Source: Pseudovirgaria hyperparasitica
Taxonomy: Eukaryota
Assembly (NCBI GenBank): GCA_010093815.1
Contig: ML996568.1
Direction: 5' to 3' (one strand)
Length of the DNA: 64,000 nucleotides
Part shown: in pieces, positions 11,645-28,516 of the stretch
Layout: each line of letters opens with the position of its first letter
Numbering within the stretch: position 1 is the first letter of the stretch
Made by a program: the position numbers and the translations under genes
The notes under the pieces: model-generated
Told to the model about the DNA's origin: nothing
Databases searched by the model: none
What the model saw: the letters and a program-made list of their open reading frames with translations, nothing else

Positions 11645-13232
11645 TCAACTTGCCTTGAGATGGTCAACTTGGACAACACTGTTGTAGTATTCCGCGTGCT
11701 TGCTAGTACCCGGCGATTCGAGGCACTCTTTTGAAGATCAAAATGTCTTTTTGAGTTGAGACTGTGCTGAGAGACCATATGCTCAATGATCTTAAAGATC
11801 GCGCTCCATCCGACATGCGAACTGCATCGAACCCCTCCCAAAAGAGAAAAGGCTGTTCGTATTACAGCCTACGTCTACCAGAGGCCACCCGAAGGTCCGC
11901 GGTACCCGATATGATGATAGCTCTCTGGCCCCTATTTTCTTGGTACGCCTTGAGGGACGCAATATCCAGACGATCAACGATCATGTCCAGCAACCTCTTA
12001 CGGTTCTCGTAGCAACAAGAAAACAGCAGGCCGTGTACCGTTCTGGAAGATGCGTGATCCAAACTATCAGCTAGGTGGAGCTCGTGGCAGGTTTGGCGCT
12101 GCTACTCCGAGATGTGTTTCTTTTGCCGTTGGCTTTGGGTCCTGTAGAAACATGAAGCTAATGGGCTTGTACGAATTCCACTGCAAATGTTGCGCTATCC
12201 CGCTTGTTCCGGTCACAACATACTCTTCCAGATCATTGTCTTTATTGTTCCTACTCGCTTCGAGAAGAAGGAGCGTGTCCATCCGAAAACTGTGGCCATT
12301 CCTCCGTCTTCTTAATTTTTGCGGAAGGGACCAAGAGCGGCGACTACGACTCCGTTCGACTAGAGTCCCGACACGTTGTCCCTAAGCATGTCTTCAGCTT
12401 CAGTTACGCGGAGTTGATCGGTTTCGTTGGCCTCTATTACAACCCCGTTGTCTATCGGCCGGAAGCTTGAGACGCTGTCATAAACCGCACTATCGACTAG
12501 TAATGGCGGTAGTGTATTTGATTCCGCTAGCGGTAACGAAATATACTTTGAGCAGTACAATGCTATCACACCGCGCGACGATCAATCTGAAGGGGAGAGT
12601 TCGCGTTCGACATCTAGTGTCCTCAAGTCGGCGCACCAGGGGTCACCGCATACTCCGGCACGTTTGAGATATTATAGGTCGCCAGCACTGGTGGCCGCGA
12701 CAGTCCGTGAGGTTCTAGGCCCTGGTGAGATTCCACTATGGAACTTGGCAATTGGTCGAATTGTCGATATTGACCCTGTTTGTCCGAGTCGCACCGAATC
12801 CTATTACAGTCTCCCTAGTCCTACCACTATCATTTCCAAGCAACTGGTATTTGTACACGACTCAATGTATGACTATCTCGAGCTGTATTCAATCCCTGTC
12901 AACAGCGGCCTTGATACAAGCAGTGAGGTTGCAAGAGCAAATGCCGCCTGATTTGTGCCTTAGTGCCTTATGCACGGCCCCAGCGTTCGCATTGTTTGTT
13001 TTTGTCAACACTAATCAATGTTTCCAAGGTTGTTCACTACGATATTAGTGGACCGTAAAACTGTACGGTACATCTACAAACGCTCCATAGCTGTGCGACC
13101 ACTTGCTACCGACTCACCTCCATAGTAGTCTAGCTAATCCACCCGTTGAGGTATCATTCACAATCACATTCACGTTCCTAGAAAACATCAGCACGCACCC
13201 GCAGCGCAAACTTATCGAAGATACCAATTACG

Positions 13233-14511
13233 ATGTCGACGCAGAATTCTAGTGATACCCTAGCCAAGCTGGCAACCAGAACAGGGCCTCAGCTCGTACT
13301 TCAATCTTCCCTTCTTCTACGTGTCGTTCCAGACTTACGCGCCACATCCGTAAGTGAGCTTGGAAATGTCATTTCTCGACTATGCGGTCTGCTATGTCTT
13401 TGCAGGCCTTATGAGAATATGGCTCCGATCCCTGGGAGTTATTTTGGCGCCCAGGACGTCTTCAGCGATGTGCTGACTGGCTGTAATGATGTCTTCCATG
13501 GGTTGAAGGCAGTGCTGAGGGCACTGGAGCAAAGTACGGCTGGTGTTGGATTGAAAAGAGAGAAAACCTTGAGTCAAGAGGAGAAGCACCAGCTGAAGCA
13601 CGCACTCAGGGAACTGGGGAAGTATGAGTTGAGCGTGGAGCTGTTCATTTGCGAAGCGAAGGTTGCTGAGTTGGAAGATGGCTGTGATCGGTAGGTTACA
13701 TTTGCTTGAAGACACGCGCGATGCTGATTCGTAGTCTAGCTCAAAGTACTCTGCTATGAGGCCGTTGAAGACCGCAATCAAGACTTTGGAGTCTCAGCTC
13801 AATACCTACCGGGACAAGGAGATACCTACCAACCACTGTGTGCAGACCTCTCCTTCGTCCCCAACTTACACAGACTTGAGACGCAGCAAACCTTCAGCCC
13901 CGCTAGCATCGGCTTCTGGCAGTGATAACCCATTCCTCCGACCTAGCCACAACGATTGGACACCTCCCAATTCCGACAGACCGCAATCGACGTTCACTGA
14001 AGACATAGTCCGCGAGACCCAGCCATCTCTGCAGCACACACCAAGCCCCAAAACATGCTTTGTTTCGGGAATCCCAAAACAGTTCCGCTCCTCTGATATG
14101 CCTCTCAAGCTCCCGAAAGCCAACGCAAGTTGCGGAATAATTCCTACGAAATCGGATTCAGAGCCGGCTCGGCAACCCCCACCTGCAACTCCAATAAGAT
14201 ACGGCTCAGCATCGTTCATTCAACCATCGCCGACCCCGTGGGGTAAACTTCCGAAGCCAATTTCCGTCAGCGGGCCTAATCCATTCCTGGCATATGCGAA
14301 CGCGCACGAAGGCTCGAATAAGGCAAGGGTGTTTCTCTCTCCTGCTAAGATGCAGATACCAAAATTTGCCGAAAGGGATGGAACGAAAGAGCAAATGTCT
14401 TGCCAGGATCCTGCTGTGGGTAGGATAAGCACTGGGGACGAAGTGAGCGCCGCTGGTGACGAGACTTTTGCTGATGGAGGAACGGAGTACCACGATGCTG
14501 AAGACAGATGA
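13233..14511 (+). CDS. Hypothetical protein (helical N-terminus, Pro/Ser-rich C-terminus), probably 2 exons
   Basis: Two consecutive ORFs are separated by a GTAGGT..GCTGAT..TAG intron-like gap at ~13691-13738. No family was recognised. Confidence 0.55.
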
Positions 14512-14927
14512 ACTTACGAAGTAAGCAGTTCATGAGGAGCCAGATAAAGGTAATGCAAGAAGTGTTTCTCATAAATGGCGATATGCGAGGGTGTAAGGAG
14601 TGACGGACAGGTGTTTCGGTATCAGAGAGACGCCAGTATCAAGAACTGTACCATTGAACTGCGTAAGACGGAGGAATTAACGGTTTAAGCGAACGATCAA
14701 TGTTCTAGACATACCTAAAGTCGTATTTTGAACAGCCATGCTTTCGCATGTCATTCGTGTCCTAGCATATGGTAGATAGATCAAAGAGAGTTATGACTTA
14801 TGAGACAGAGAGATAGTCTTGTCTCAATGGCGCTAGTCCCAAAATGCTTAGCCAGAACTGTTCTGCATATCAAGCACATATCAACCTCCACCCATCCCAG
14901 TCCAACCCCAAAACACCGCCCACCACC

Positions 14928-15365
14928 ATGCCCTCTATCCCCTTACACCTCAGCCCAGCAGAGCGCGATCCACAAACGTCTCCCAACCCACTCCCAGGGC
15001 TCCTGCACACGCCCTCCGGCCTCGCCATCCTCGAGATCCAAGGCGTCATCCACGCCGACACCGCACCCATCGCCGGCGACAGCAACATACCCACGCAGAC
15101 GCCCATCGGCGAGCTCGTCTTCCCGCTCTACGATGCCACGGCACCTGCCGATAACACGGCGTGGATGAAGCGGGTCTATCTGTACGTGGGCAGGCACCAG
15201 CGCATGACGGGCGAGGTCAGGAAGTTGGTGAAGCCGTACGGTGTGGTTAGGCGGAGGCAGGGCACTGTGGATGGGGCTGAGGAGCTGGAGGTGGTGGAGG
15301 TGGTTCTGTTTAAGGTTGTGTTTTCGTCGAGGCCGGAGCCCGTTGGGGATGCGGAGATGGGTTGA
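14928..15365 (+). CDS. CTF8: Chromosome transmission fidelity protein Ctf8 (Ctf18-RFC subunit)
   Basis: LLHTPSGLAILEIQG, YLYVGRHQRMTGEVRKL and FKVVFSSRPEP are characteristic of Ctf8. Confidence 0.9.
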   Translation: MPSIPLHLSPAERDPQTSPNPLPGLLHTPSGLAILEIQGVIHADTAPIAGDSNIPTQTPIGELVFPLYDATAPADNTAWMKRVYLYVGRHQRMTGEVRKLVKPYGVVRRRQGTVDGAEELEVVEVVLFKVVFSSRPEPVGDAEMG

Positions 15366-16189
15366 GATTGTTTTGGAGGGAGGGGGTGTTTGCGAGATGG
15401 TGGGCTTCTCTTGGATGGCCTCTTATGTGGAAAGCTGGATGGGCTGCTTTGCGATCGTGTGTGCAGTATAGGGGATCTGGTCGGCTTTAACGCTGAGGTG
15501 GCCCTTGCTGCTATTCACAAGACGCTGTTTCTGAAGCACAATTCTGCTATACCCCGACCCGACCCGACCCCACCTGGAAAAGCATAAGCATTTCATGACA
15601 TCCCGAAGTCAATGAACATCCTCCTTACAAACACCACGCGAACGACTCCATTTTCATGGCTCCTCACATACCATCACGTGCCGGATCTCTAATATATCAC
15701 ATGAACGTTACGTCTTACTCGACTCCGCTCTTCGAGCAAATATTCACACAACCACATTCCCCGTCTCCACACTGCGTCATCTCACAAACTGTCTACTAGC
15801 GAAGGATCGCGGCCGATACGCCACCATCACGGCTCGAACGCGCTATGATTTGTGCATTGCGCTCGATACGGAGCTCATACCCTTCTGAAAGTACGAAAAT
15901 TCGGGGATGTGCGATTGAATGTCAGGTGGTGAGACAAGAGATGGGACGGGACGTGATTCAACTTAGGTTTGACATCAGGTCCGGCCACAGCTGAATATCT
16001 GGGCGCGGTATTTGTAGCTTGGGTAATGAGTTACGCCTGACGAGGGGGTTTCTGGGCCTATTGCATACCACAACATGCTATCCTCCACGTCACTGATGGG
16101 TCTATCCCAATTTCAGACTACGCTGCGTATGAGTCCTATGCTCGTCGCTTCAATACACAATTTTTCCATCACAGTATCATCCCATCGGC

Positions 16190-17396
16190 CTAGTAGTCGT
16201 AGTACAGCGCCTCATAATCTCTCTGCTCCTGCACAGTCGGACGCGTATAGTCGATCGGGTCCTGATTCTCCGACCGCACCAGCTTGAACTGCTCATACGC
16301 ACCACCCAGATGATTCGTCTTGATCGTCGAGCCCTCAACACGATACCTGCATACGCAAATTAGCCCAACACGACCGCCAAACACAAGAAAAGAATACTCA
16401 CAACCCATCATACCGCATCCCACACACCGGCTTCGGCGCCACACCACCCGTCGCCCCACTCGCCCTCAACACCCGCACCGCCTGTCCCGTCTCTACACTC
16501 CTCCTCAGCGCATTCGTCCCGCCCGTCTCCCGCGGCACACTACCCAGATTAACATGACTACCACTGCCCGAATACCACAGCACATCGCCGAGATCACGGT
16601 CAAAATCCTCATACACGCTGCCGCCCTTGACAACGACGCTGTACGCCCCACTAGGTCCGATATCGATGCCGGCCATGAGCGGGCCGTGGGCGCCGCGCAG
16701 AGCCGCGACGCGTTGCATCGGGAACCATGCGCCGATGCGCAGGCCGTTGTGGCCGTAGATTTTGCAGAAGCGCGGCGTGTAGGACGGGTCGGTGATGTAG
16801 GCGCGGCGGCCGCTGGATTTGTCGACGAGGAGGCCGTGCATGATGCCGTTGTGGCCGTAGATGGGGTGGGTTGGGGGTGGTTTGCGGAGGACGAGGCCGT
16901 GGGTGCGTTTGTAGGGTTTGCGAGGGCCGGATCGGGCGGGGGAGAGAGGTGTGGTGGTTCCGGGGGAGGAATCGTCGGGGTCGAGGTCGAGGTCGAGGTC
17001 TGGGTCGGAGGGAGTGTTTGTGGCGGCGAGGAGGGCGCGTTCTTCGGCTTCGGAGTTCCATTTTTGGAGGAGGTATTGGGCGAGGTCTTTGTGTTCGGCG
17101 CGGGCGGGTAGGGATTGGATGAGTTCCATGCCGCGGACCATGAGGGTTTTCTTGAGGAGGTCTGGGGTCATGTTCACGATCTTCAGGCCGAGCAGACCGG
17201 CGGTGATTTCGTTCAGGAAGGACGGTTCGATGGGCTGCTTGTTGCGTGTTCGGAGTGCTGCTACTTGGATGCGCATTTTGCGGAAGATGGTGAGTTCTTT
17301 TTCGAGGGCGATGGGGTCGTCAGGCCAGACGAATGCAGACACTTCGGCGTCTTCGTAGCCGTCGAAGTGGAGGCCGTCTTTGTCTGCTCCGGCCAT
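16190..17396 (-). CDS. Stand-alone SRA/YDG-domain protein, 2 exons (intron 16347-16401)
   Basis: GLRIGAWFP..GAHGPLMAGI..GAYSVVVKGG..YEDFDRDLGDVLWYSGSG..VRVLR..MRYDG, then spliced L-YRVEG..FKLVRSENQ. The intron is GTGAGT..GCTAAT..CAG. Confidence 0.9.
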
Positions 17397-19197
17397 TTTA
17401 TGGGCTGATTGGTTTCTCTATTGAGGTAATTGACTTGAGATAGATACGATGAGGATCTGGATGTGAACCAATTATGCAATCGTCGCGGCGTCTCTTTGGT
17501 GAGACTCTTTCAAGACCCGAATGATGAAATGAACTCAATCAATTGCCGCTTCAGAAGCAGAGACTGTAGAGCTTTCGATCATATAGACACGAAGTGGCAG
17601 ACTGACCGGTGATACCTTGTTGGCGCCGTGGCGGTGGGATACACGTGCTCAATACGATATAGAAGGCTGCCTATTCAGCAGTGTACACGTGATGTGATGA
17701 CTCTGCAAAGTGAATTGCGCCTGTTTGTGGAGGCGCCAGCCAAGTAAACAAGCGACTCACGGAGCCGGCTCCTAGATCGTGAAGAAACAAGGTGCTCATT
17801 AGCCACATCACCGGGCCAGAGTTCTTCACAACTTCACTTTTCCTCTCCTGGACTAGTTGGATGGCTAGCTATAGCGTCACATTATGTCCACATTTTCAAG
17901 ACGCGAACCTTGGGACACCATAAAGCCGGCATTACGATGGACTGCGTGCTCTAGTTGTTTTATAGAGCTATAAGAAAGGGGGGCCTGCGACCAGTGTTTT
18001 ATGAACGACATGGTGGACCAGTATTGAATGATGCAGCTGGTCAAAGTACCCATCGAAGCGACGCGACGCGATGTCAAATCTCATGCGAGCTCGGGTGGGT
18101 GCACTGCATGTCGAAAGCCAGCACGCTGAAACACGACCATCCTCCCAGAGCGGTATCAGGATGTAGCCACCGCGAGTACGAGGTCAGCATCGGGATATTG
18201 TGTTTTGTGGCTGCAAGCTGAGAGCCGAAAATAGCTTTGCCGCATGGACACGAGAGAGTGATATGGCTGACATTATATACATGCCAAGACGAAGTGCAGA
18301 CTAGAACTATGTAAGTCCGAATAATACTGCGACGGCGCAGAGGCTTTGTTGCTTGTTTAGGGAATTGTCGCCATCTACGGTGCGGCCATGGTAGCACGAC
18401 AGAGGCAGCACAAAGTCCGGACGTGTCGTACTGCATTGCGAAAGTCTGTGTTTAGTACTTCAGTCGGCGGCCGTTATTCATCCTGAAGGGCATTTGTCTC
18501 TCTTCAGTCGGTGTTCGATAGAGGCCACATCCATATCAATATTTCTTTAGTCATCGCCGCGGCAGTCGTTACAATACACATCCACAACATAGAAGCTCGA
18601 GCTCGGCAGTGGATCGGCAGCTGGTGAGACGTCGCCGCATAAACGCGAGGATGGAAGCAAGCACTGCATGATGGATCTCATGCAGGGGTCGAATGCCATA
18701 TTTTCGCTCTCAGTCACTACCACTCTCGGGGCGACGCAGCATCTCAAATGAATCATGTCTACATCTCTGGCACATGGCACATGGCGTATCCACACTAAAC
18801 CGTAGTCTTTGTGAGTGGCGTACGAGTCGCGGCCCTCTGTCACTGTGGTACTGGACTACTGGCTGAGTGGCTTGCGGGGCTGGGCCAGCTGTCGAACCGT
18901 CGGACGGCCGAATAGTTCTCCATCCATATGAAGCAGCACTTATTTACCACTTGTTGGCTTGTTTACTGGTCAGCAGGGGTACATCGGAGGGTCCCACCCC
19001 GCAGATCAGTAGCATGGATCCATGGATCCGAGGGTGTTCCAGAAGATATCCATATAATATATATTATGTCTATAAACATAAACAACGGGCGGCATTCCCC
19101 CAAGTTTTTGCATTTCTCATTTCTTTCCTCCAAGAATCCCTCGACGACTTTGGACGAACTATTTTGAACACGATATAATACTACATAGATACTCACG

Positions 19198-20126
19198 ATG
19201 GTTAAGCTCAGAAAAGCACCGCCTCCTGGCTATTACACCTCCCAACACCACCGCAACAACAACAACGAATCACTCGCTTCGCCCATCAGCGTGAGCAGCA
19301 ATGCCGATTCAGTGTTTTCACGGTATAGAGCGAATTCCGCGTCGACGGCTGGCACGGCGCCCTCTACAGCGCCGACCTCGCCGACGACCAACAACTCGTG
19401 CTCCCTAAATAATGATGCCTGGTTTGAGAGGTTCCACGATAGCACAGACGAGACCGACGAACTGCCATCGCACGACCAGCTTGACCTGGTCGGTGACATC
19501 CCGATATACGACTCTGAAGGCAACAGCAGATCGTTCAGGAGCCTGTATTCCGGCGAAAGCGTGATTGGAGAGCGGCAATTTGTAGTGTTCATACGGCATT
19601 TCTACTGCGGCGTGAGTCTCGATGCTATACCCTCATCCATCTCGAAACACAACTAATGCAAGCCTGGTTGATATAGGCATGTCAAGCCTACCTCAAAGCC
19701 CTCACCACGTCTATTGACCCGGCGACGTACTTCGGCATGGACACCCCCACGTCCATCGTTATCATCGGCTGCGGCTCGCCGTCGATGATCCAGCAATACA
19801 AGGACTTCACAGGCACGAACTTTCCCATCTTTGCAGAGCCCACGCGGCGACTGTACAAGGGGCTCGGCATGTCCTGGACGCTCGACGCGGGCAAACAGCG
19901 CCCAGCGTACATGCAGGATATCAGCAAGCCCCAGTGGGTTGCCGGACAGATCAAGCAGATCAGGGGCGTCAAGGGCCTGCGCATGAAGCTAGCAGGTGGC
20001 AATCCGTTGCAGGTTGGGGGAGAGTTTCTGTTTAGTGAGGAAGGGGTTGTGTGGTGCCATCGTATGAAGAATTATAGAGGGCACGCGGAGGTAGAGACTG
20101 TACGGCGAGTGCTGGAGATCGACTGA
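19198..20126 (+). CDS. AhpC/TSA-like (peroxiredoxin-like 2) thioredoxin-fold protein, 2 exons
   Basis: FIRHFYCG|ACQAYL is split by intron ~19612-19677. Downstream motifs are IVIIGCG, PIFAEPTRRLYKGLG, QVGGEFLF and WCHRMKNYRGH. Confidence 0.85.
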
Positions 20127-20140
20127 GTGAATGAGCGATA

Positions 20141-20206
<66 letters not shown>
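20141..20206. repeat. (ATG)22 microsatellite
   Basis: Perfect trinucleotide run starting just after the stop codon of the AhpC/TSA-like gene. Confidence 0.97.
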
Positions 20207-20207
<1 letters not shown>

Positions 20208-20962
20208 GAGCACGCGTGTCGGAGGGAATACTGAAGAGAGAAGGTCTGAAGAGTGCGTGGAAGCCGAGGAGGGTTGCAGTTGAGACGCTGCAGTGCACTT
20301 TGCACTCTACGCTAGCAGGGATCTTGCTGGTGGCGGACGCGGGGTCGACCGCTTCCAGACCGAGGACGCCCCCCTTTGCGGACTGAGGAAGACGACGGCG
20401 ACGGCCATTGCAACGTGGAACATGCATCACGCATCACGAGCATGTCTTTAGAGGTCTACTTGCGGACTTACCGAGGACAGTAGGTGTCAACGCGGCTTTA
20501 CATGTAACCGCCGGCATGGCACAGATCTGATAGAGCATTGGCGTCAGATATGGATGGCCTGCTAGGACATGCACCGCATCGGAAGAGGAAGATACTCTTG
20601 GACAGAATAGGACGGTGGAGAGACAACCGCATGTCACTCTTGGCATGCTATTCTTTTGGAGTAGCTGAGAGAAGTTCACACGATAATACAGGACTTGGAT
20701 GAAGAAGTCTCCAAATATCTGCTTGCTATCCGTGACCTTCAGACAGACCTTTGGTGACTATTCCATGGCAACAGATATACTAATGCCAAATAGCCTCCGG
20801 AAATACCTTCGACTAAATGTCATATAAAAGACAGACATGATTCCGCATCATGGAACCTTGTAGCCTCAGGCATCTAACTAGATATTTCGAGGTCATGATG
20901 GCCTTAGAGCCTCAGGCTCGAAGCTGCCCAATTAGCTTAGTCAGAAACCACTTTACACGCTC

Positions 20963-20989
20963 TCGCGTCCTGCACGCGAAAGAACGCGT
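20963..20989. promoter_or_regulatory. Cluster of three MCB-like (WCGCGW) sites upstream of MCM3
   Basis: TCGCGT at 20963, ACGCGA at 20974 and ACGCGT at 20984, about 200 bp upstream of a replication gene. Confidence 0.65.
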
Positions 20990-21184
20990 CCCCATTATTT
21001 TGCGACCCCTCGCCCAATGCAGCCGCCGCCCACCTCCCCAATATCAACATCGCAACATCGTCAACACACTCATTGTACATTATTCCCCCGCAACACTCCA
21101 GCAGCCATAACTGTCCGCCAAGTCGACATTGTGCGCGCGAAAGAGATTCTTGTCTCGAGTATCTACATCCTATAGCCGACCGCA

Positions 21185-24086
<2,902 letters not shown>

Positions 24087-24728
24087 AGGCTTCTTGTGGG
24101 TTTGATGGAAGGGGGGGTTGGGTTGGGGTGTGGTGTGGTATGGTATGGTATGGTATATGGCATCGTTGCATTTGTGGTGTTTTGCGGGCGTCTCCTTTTT
24201 GTCATGCTGGGTCGGTGTGGGAATGGATTTGCTTGTCAACGCATCTGTCTTCTTCTCAAGGGAAAGAGGGTATCGGCAGTGGAAGATTTTGCATTACTTT
24301 CTGTGTAAGCGGTGCAAGATGGTCATGTTGTATAGCCATCGCAAGGCTCCTCAGAATTCACACCCCCTTTTTTCGTATTGAGACAATAGGTCAGTCTTTA
24401 TGCCATTTATGACTATATGTCATGTCGTGCGATTCGTCATAGTCATGAATTATCGGATTTCGGTGTTGGGCTTCTTGAGGCTTATTCAACGTTGTGGTTC
24501 TCGACAGGACAACTGTGGGTTTTCTGGTGTAGGGCATTGATGACACCTTCTTCAAACAGCGTTATATTTTATGGGAATAAATAAAGGCAAGCGTGCAAGT
24601 TCTTCAGTGTAGATAGCTAGATCCAACAACGTCATGCAAGTGGAGTGAATCATTGTTCGCTGAATTTGCGTCTGTATAATACCTAACACCATCACTCATT
24701 TTTGCGATGCTCATACCAGTCATGACGT

Positions 24729-27236
24729 TCAAGCCTGACCCATCTCCAGCGCCTTCGCAGCGCGCGGCCACACACGCTTGTACAAACTCATTGCCACAGC
24801 ATCTAGCGGGTTAATCTTGCCATCAAATGTGGCTTTGAAGTACCCATGCGTGCCCAAACTCTCCTTGATATACCCACTCCGGCCTCGTTTCGTCCAGAGC
24901 TGCAGTGCCTTGAACCAGGCTATATCTTGATCATTGAAAAACATGTAGCGCACTGTGACGAGGCGCTTATGAATCTTGTATGGATGACCAGTGAGGATGA
25001 TGCGTTTCGCAACGACGCGTGAGGTCGAGGGCGCGAGAGATGACCCGGTGGCGATGAGAGAGAAAGGAGAAATGATAGATTCTAGCGAAGAGGATGGTGT
25101 GCGTGTGAAGTATATTACTGGGACCGCACCCCACGTCAAGGGTCCTGTGAACGATGCGACAGAACTTCGACCTGGATGGATGAACCGCTCGAATTTGTGC
25201 ACGTCGTTTGGCGTGTTGCCTGCATGCGAAAACAGGGGGTTGATGACGAATCTGCGTGGTCCACACTGGGCGATGAGTTCGGACTTGGACCTCAGGGGAC
25301 CGTCGTGCTCCGGGCTGAGCGTGATACTGTAATTACATGCTGTGCGCTTATGTTCGTGGCGCAGCAGAGAGAATAGACCAAGTGGCCGAGTCGGGTCATA
25401 TTTAGCCTGGAGGGATAAGGGTACGTCACGCAGATGAACAGCTACACGAGTACCAGGCTGGACTCCGCCAAGGAGCGTCTCCCGAAGTACACGATTCTTG
25501 GCACCTCTGTAGTCTTGAACCTCCAGTAAGCGTGCCCATTCGGCAGGTTCATGGGGTTTATCTCCTTGGGTTTCCCATGTACTAGTCTTGAGACTCTTAA
25601 GACCACGGTAGCGGGCGAGACGCTCACGGGCAAGGACGTTCGGGTGGAGCTCGATTTCGTCAGGAAATTCGAGATCATCACCCTCTTCGTTCTTTCGTTG
25701 CTGGCGATATGCATCGAGCTGGTCTTTTTCGTCCTCAGGAGCTGGATCCAAGAACATCTCTGAAGCTGGGTATTCTGAAGGTCCAGCCTCGGTCGGGTCA
25801 CGCATAGTTCCATCAAAGTCCATAGGATCTATGCCGTCAGCTGGGTCTGGAGCGCCCGCTACTGTGACAGCATCGTCAGGCATGTCTTCGTCGACATCTT
25901 CCATGTCCGAACCAGAATCCGATATGTTGTCTAGGAACCACGCCGATTGGTACTTTGAAGTTCCTCTTGGTAACCGTTTGGCTTTCACTGGTGCTTGACC
26001 CTCGTCTTCGTCGAAGTAATGATGATCGTCGAGCAATACTCCCTTTCGTACCGAGGACATCGTCGACATCGCAAAGTTCTCTGCTAGAACATCTTCCATC
26101 ACGACCTCTTCCGGTGCAAGTTCATCCAAGTCATCCTGGTCCTCGCTCGGTCGCTCCAATACGTTGTCTATGGCTTCAGAATCTACCGCCATGGCGCTGT
26201 CCTTCGTCGTCGTCTTCTTCTTGGTGTCCAGAGGCGCAGCGACAATACGATCAATTTGGAAATCGCCCCAGTCGCCGACTTGGACTAATCGGTCTGCTTT
26301 CAGGCCTTTCCCCCTTACCACGCCTGTAATTATCACTTCTCCTTTCGGTTCTTCGCTGGTAAGAGCTCCCTTGCCTGATGGCCACTGTACATCCTCCACG
26401 GCTATCCATGACCTGTCCTCCCTCCATCGTATTCCTTTTGGTACTGTTGTGCATAAAGAACGAACAACATTGAGGCATTCTTGTGATGCTTCTAACGAGT
26501 GTACTTTTTCGATAGTAGGTAAGAAATGTGTGATATAAGACTTGAGGGAGGCGACGGTCTGAGCTCGTTTCTTAGTAGGTTCTATTGCACCAAGACCTTG
26601 AGCAACAGCAATGCAGTTTGAAACACCCTGAGTTTCCACACTACGGATCAAAAGCTCACCATAGCTGTCTACCTCTTGCTCCGCAGACAAGATGAAGACA
26701 ACAAAGTCTGCAGTCCGGCAGGCGTCCAAGACTGCAAAGAGCTCTCTTTGTGGAATGATATACTGTATATTTTGCTTGAATCGGTCGACTGATGTGCGCA
26801 GACTACCATACTCAGGAACCTCGTCTTCGATATCCAGGCTACCATTCAAGCTCTTGACTGTAGCAGAGGCGGACACGTCCTCGGCCAGGGGAACTAGAGC
26901 TACCACTCTTGGGGCCCCATCTCTTCCTGAGAATACACTTATGGCCTTGGTATGCTCTTGGTTGTTCACTAGACGTTTCTGCTTTGCTTGATTCCGGCGG
27001 TCTAGTTTGGACATGATCTGCTGGTGAGGTGTCCGGCGCACACCTTTTTCAAAGACCTCAACCTTGCCTGGCTTGAATTAGCATAGCTGACACATATAAG
27101 CTCCATATGGTTCGACCTTACCCTTCGAGCGCTCCTTTAACGCGCCTTTGGAAGCATGCCGCGATTTGAAAGCCTTCTGGACTGATTTCGTAGTGCTGCG
27201 ATGGTGGTGTGACTGCTGCACGGCGATTGGAGCCAT
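24729..27236 (-). CDS. TSR1: Pre-40S biogenesis factor Tsr1, 2 exons (intron 27068-27121)
   Basis: HHHRSTTK..FKSRHASKG, DDLEFPDEIELHP, ARERLARYRGLKS and GYIKESLGTHGYFKATFD are present. No canonical P-loop is seen. Confidence 0.96.
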
Positions 27237-28516
27237 CTTGTCTGGCACTTTGAATCTAAAAGGTATGGAGGAAGCCACACTGCCCAACACGAGACTCTTG
27301 GCCTCAAGCAACGACTGGGATAGTGGCTGTGATGTCGTGGTCGGCTTCACCAAAATTATCTGGTGGGGGAAATTTTTATCGATAAGCAATCCAGGGTTTT
27401 GCCTCAGGTGGATGTGGGATATTATTTGCCTTAGGCTGCAATGGTTCCGAGCAACCACTAGAGCCTGTTCTGGTTAGCTTGTATTAGTCCGTTTTTCTCC
27501 CGCCTCCCGAGCAGCGGACCCAACGTCAAACGGACCTCGGCGAATCTCAAAAATGTCAAACACGCTATAAATATATATCGTACATGCTTGCTTAAACCAT
27601 AAGATCTTTATACATATCTAGAAGTATAGTCGCAGATGATATGTGAAGACAAGAGATCCAGACTAGGAATAGAACACTGACTTCAGGGAGATCGCTTATA
27701 TGCTTGGCATCTTGGACCTTCGCCAAGGGACCTTCATGCTCACTACACCTCTCATATGAAGCCTCATGTCAACGCTTCATACACAGTCATCACCCTCTTT
27801 TAGATCACCACATCTCTCGATGTTAAACCCATGCTTATATGTATGAAATATCGTCTGAATCGAGACTGCCAGTGGCCCCCCCACTTCCGATCCACTCGCG
27901 AGGCGCTGTTCGTCGGTACCCATGTCACTTCTCGTATTGAGCGCCACTGAGCATACTGACCCTTGCGTACAGGCAGTATTGCGGTGGCTTCATCGGTTGC
28001 ATGTTCGTCCGTCAAGTTTGAACTGGATAATACCAGGGATCCTTTAAATGCAGCCAAGTCTTCCACTTCCAATCATCGTCACTGGCGTGGGGTTACAACG
28101 CTGGGGCTGAAAACCTCGATTAATCTTGTCCGGTCTCCGATGTTTGACAAGGGCTTTTCTCGTGGCATTTCTGTACTGTTTGGTCATAGAAGCAGCCCAT
28201 TGATTGTAATCGGCCGGCCTCATCCCACCCTGCGATTTTGCTCTATACAACATGTTACAGGGGCATTCCAGGCACAATGCTACAGAATACTCAGCTTTTG
28301 CAAGGTTGGTCTGCTAGTACAATCGATAGCCTCTTCTGTACTGCTTGAGTGTTCCAGTTGCCCAATATAGAGTCAGCGTCATTCTGAGCGACCTACTTCC
28401 CTCTACCCAGTGGTTTGGGTCCACGGATTCCAACTTGGATACACCCAACCTTAGACACTGTTATCTATGCTATAACTCTACTACGTATCGGCTTTTAGGC
28501 TGATAATTACACGATC

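Noticed and set aside
11700..13050. Possible decayed gene downstream of the HET gene
   Set aside because: There are several short ORFs on both strands but no recognisable family or consistent frame. tBLASTx would be needed to decide.
17521..17610. Candidate C/D snoRNA (ATGATGA ... CTGA with a short terminal stem)
   Set aside because: I could not match any guide segment to rRNA from memory, and the motifs are short enough to arise by chance in a promoter.
19989..20430. Poly-Met/His/Ile/Ser ORFs
   Set aside because: These are artefacts of the (ATG)22 microsatellite.
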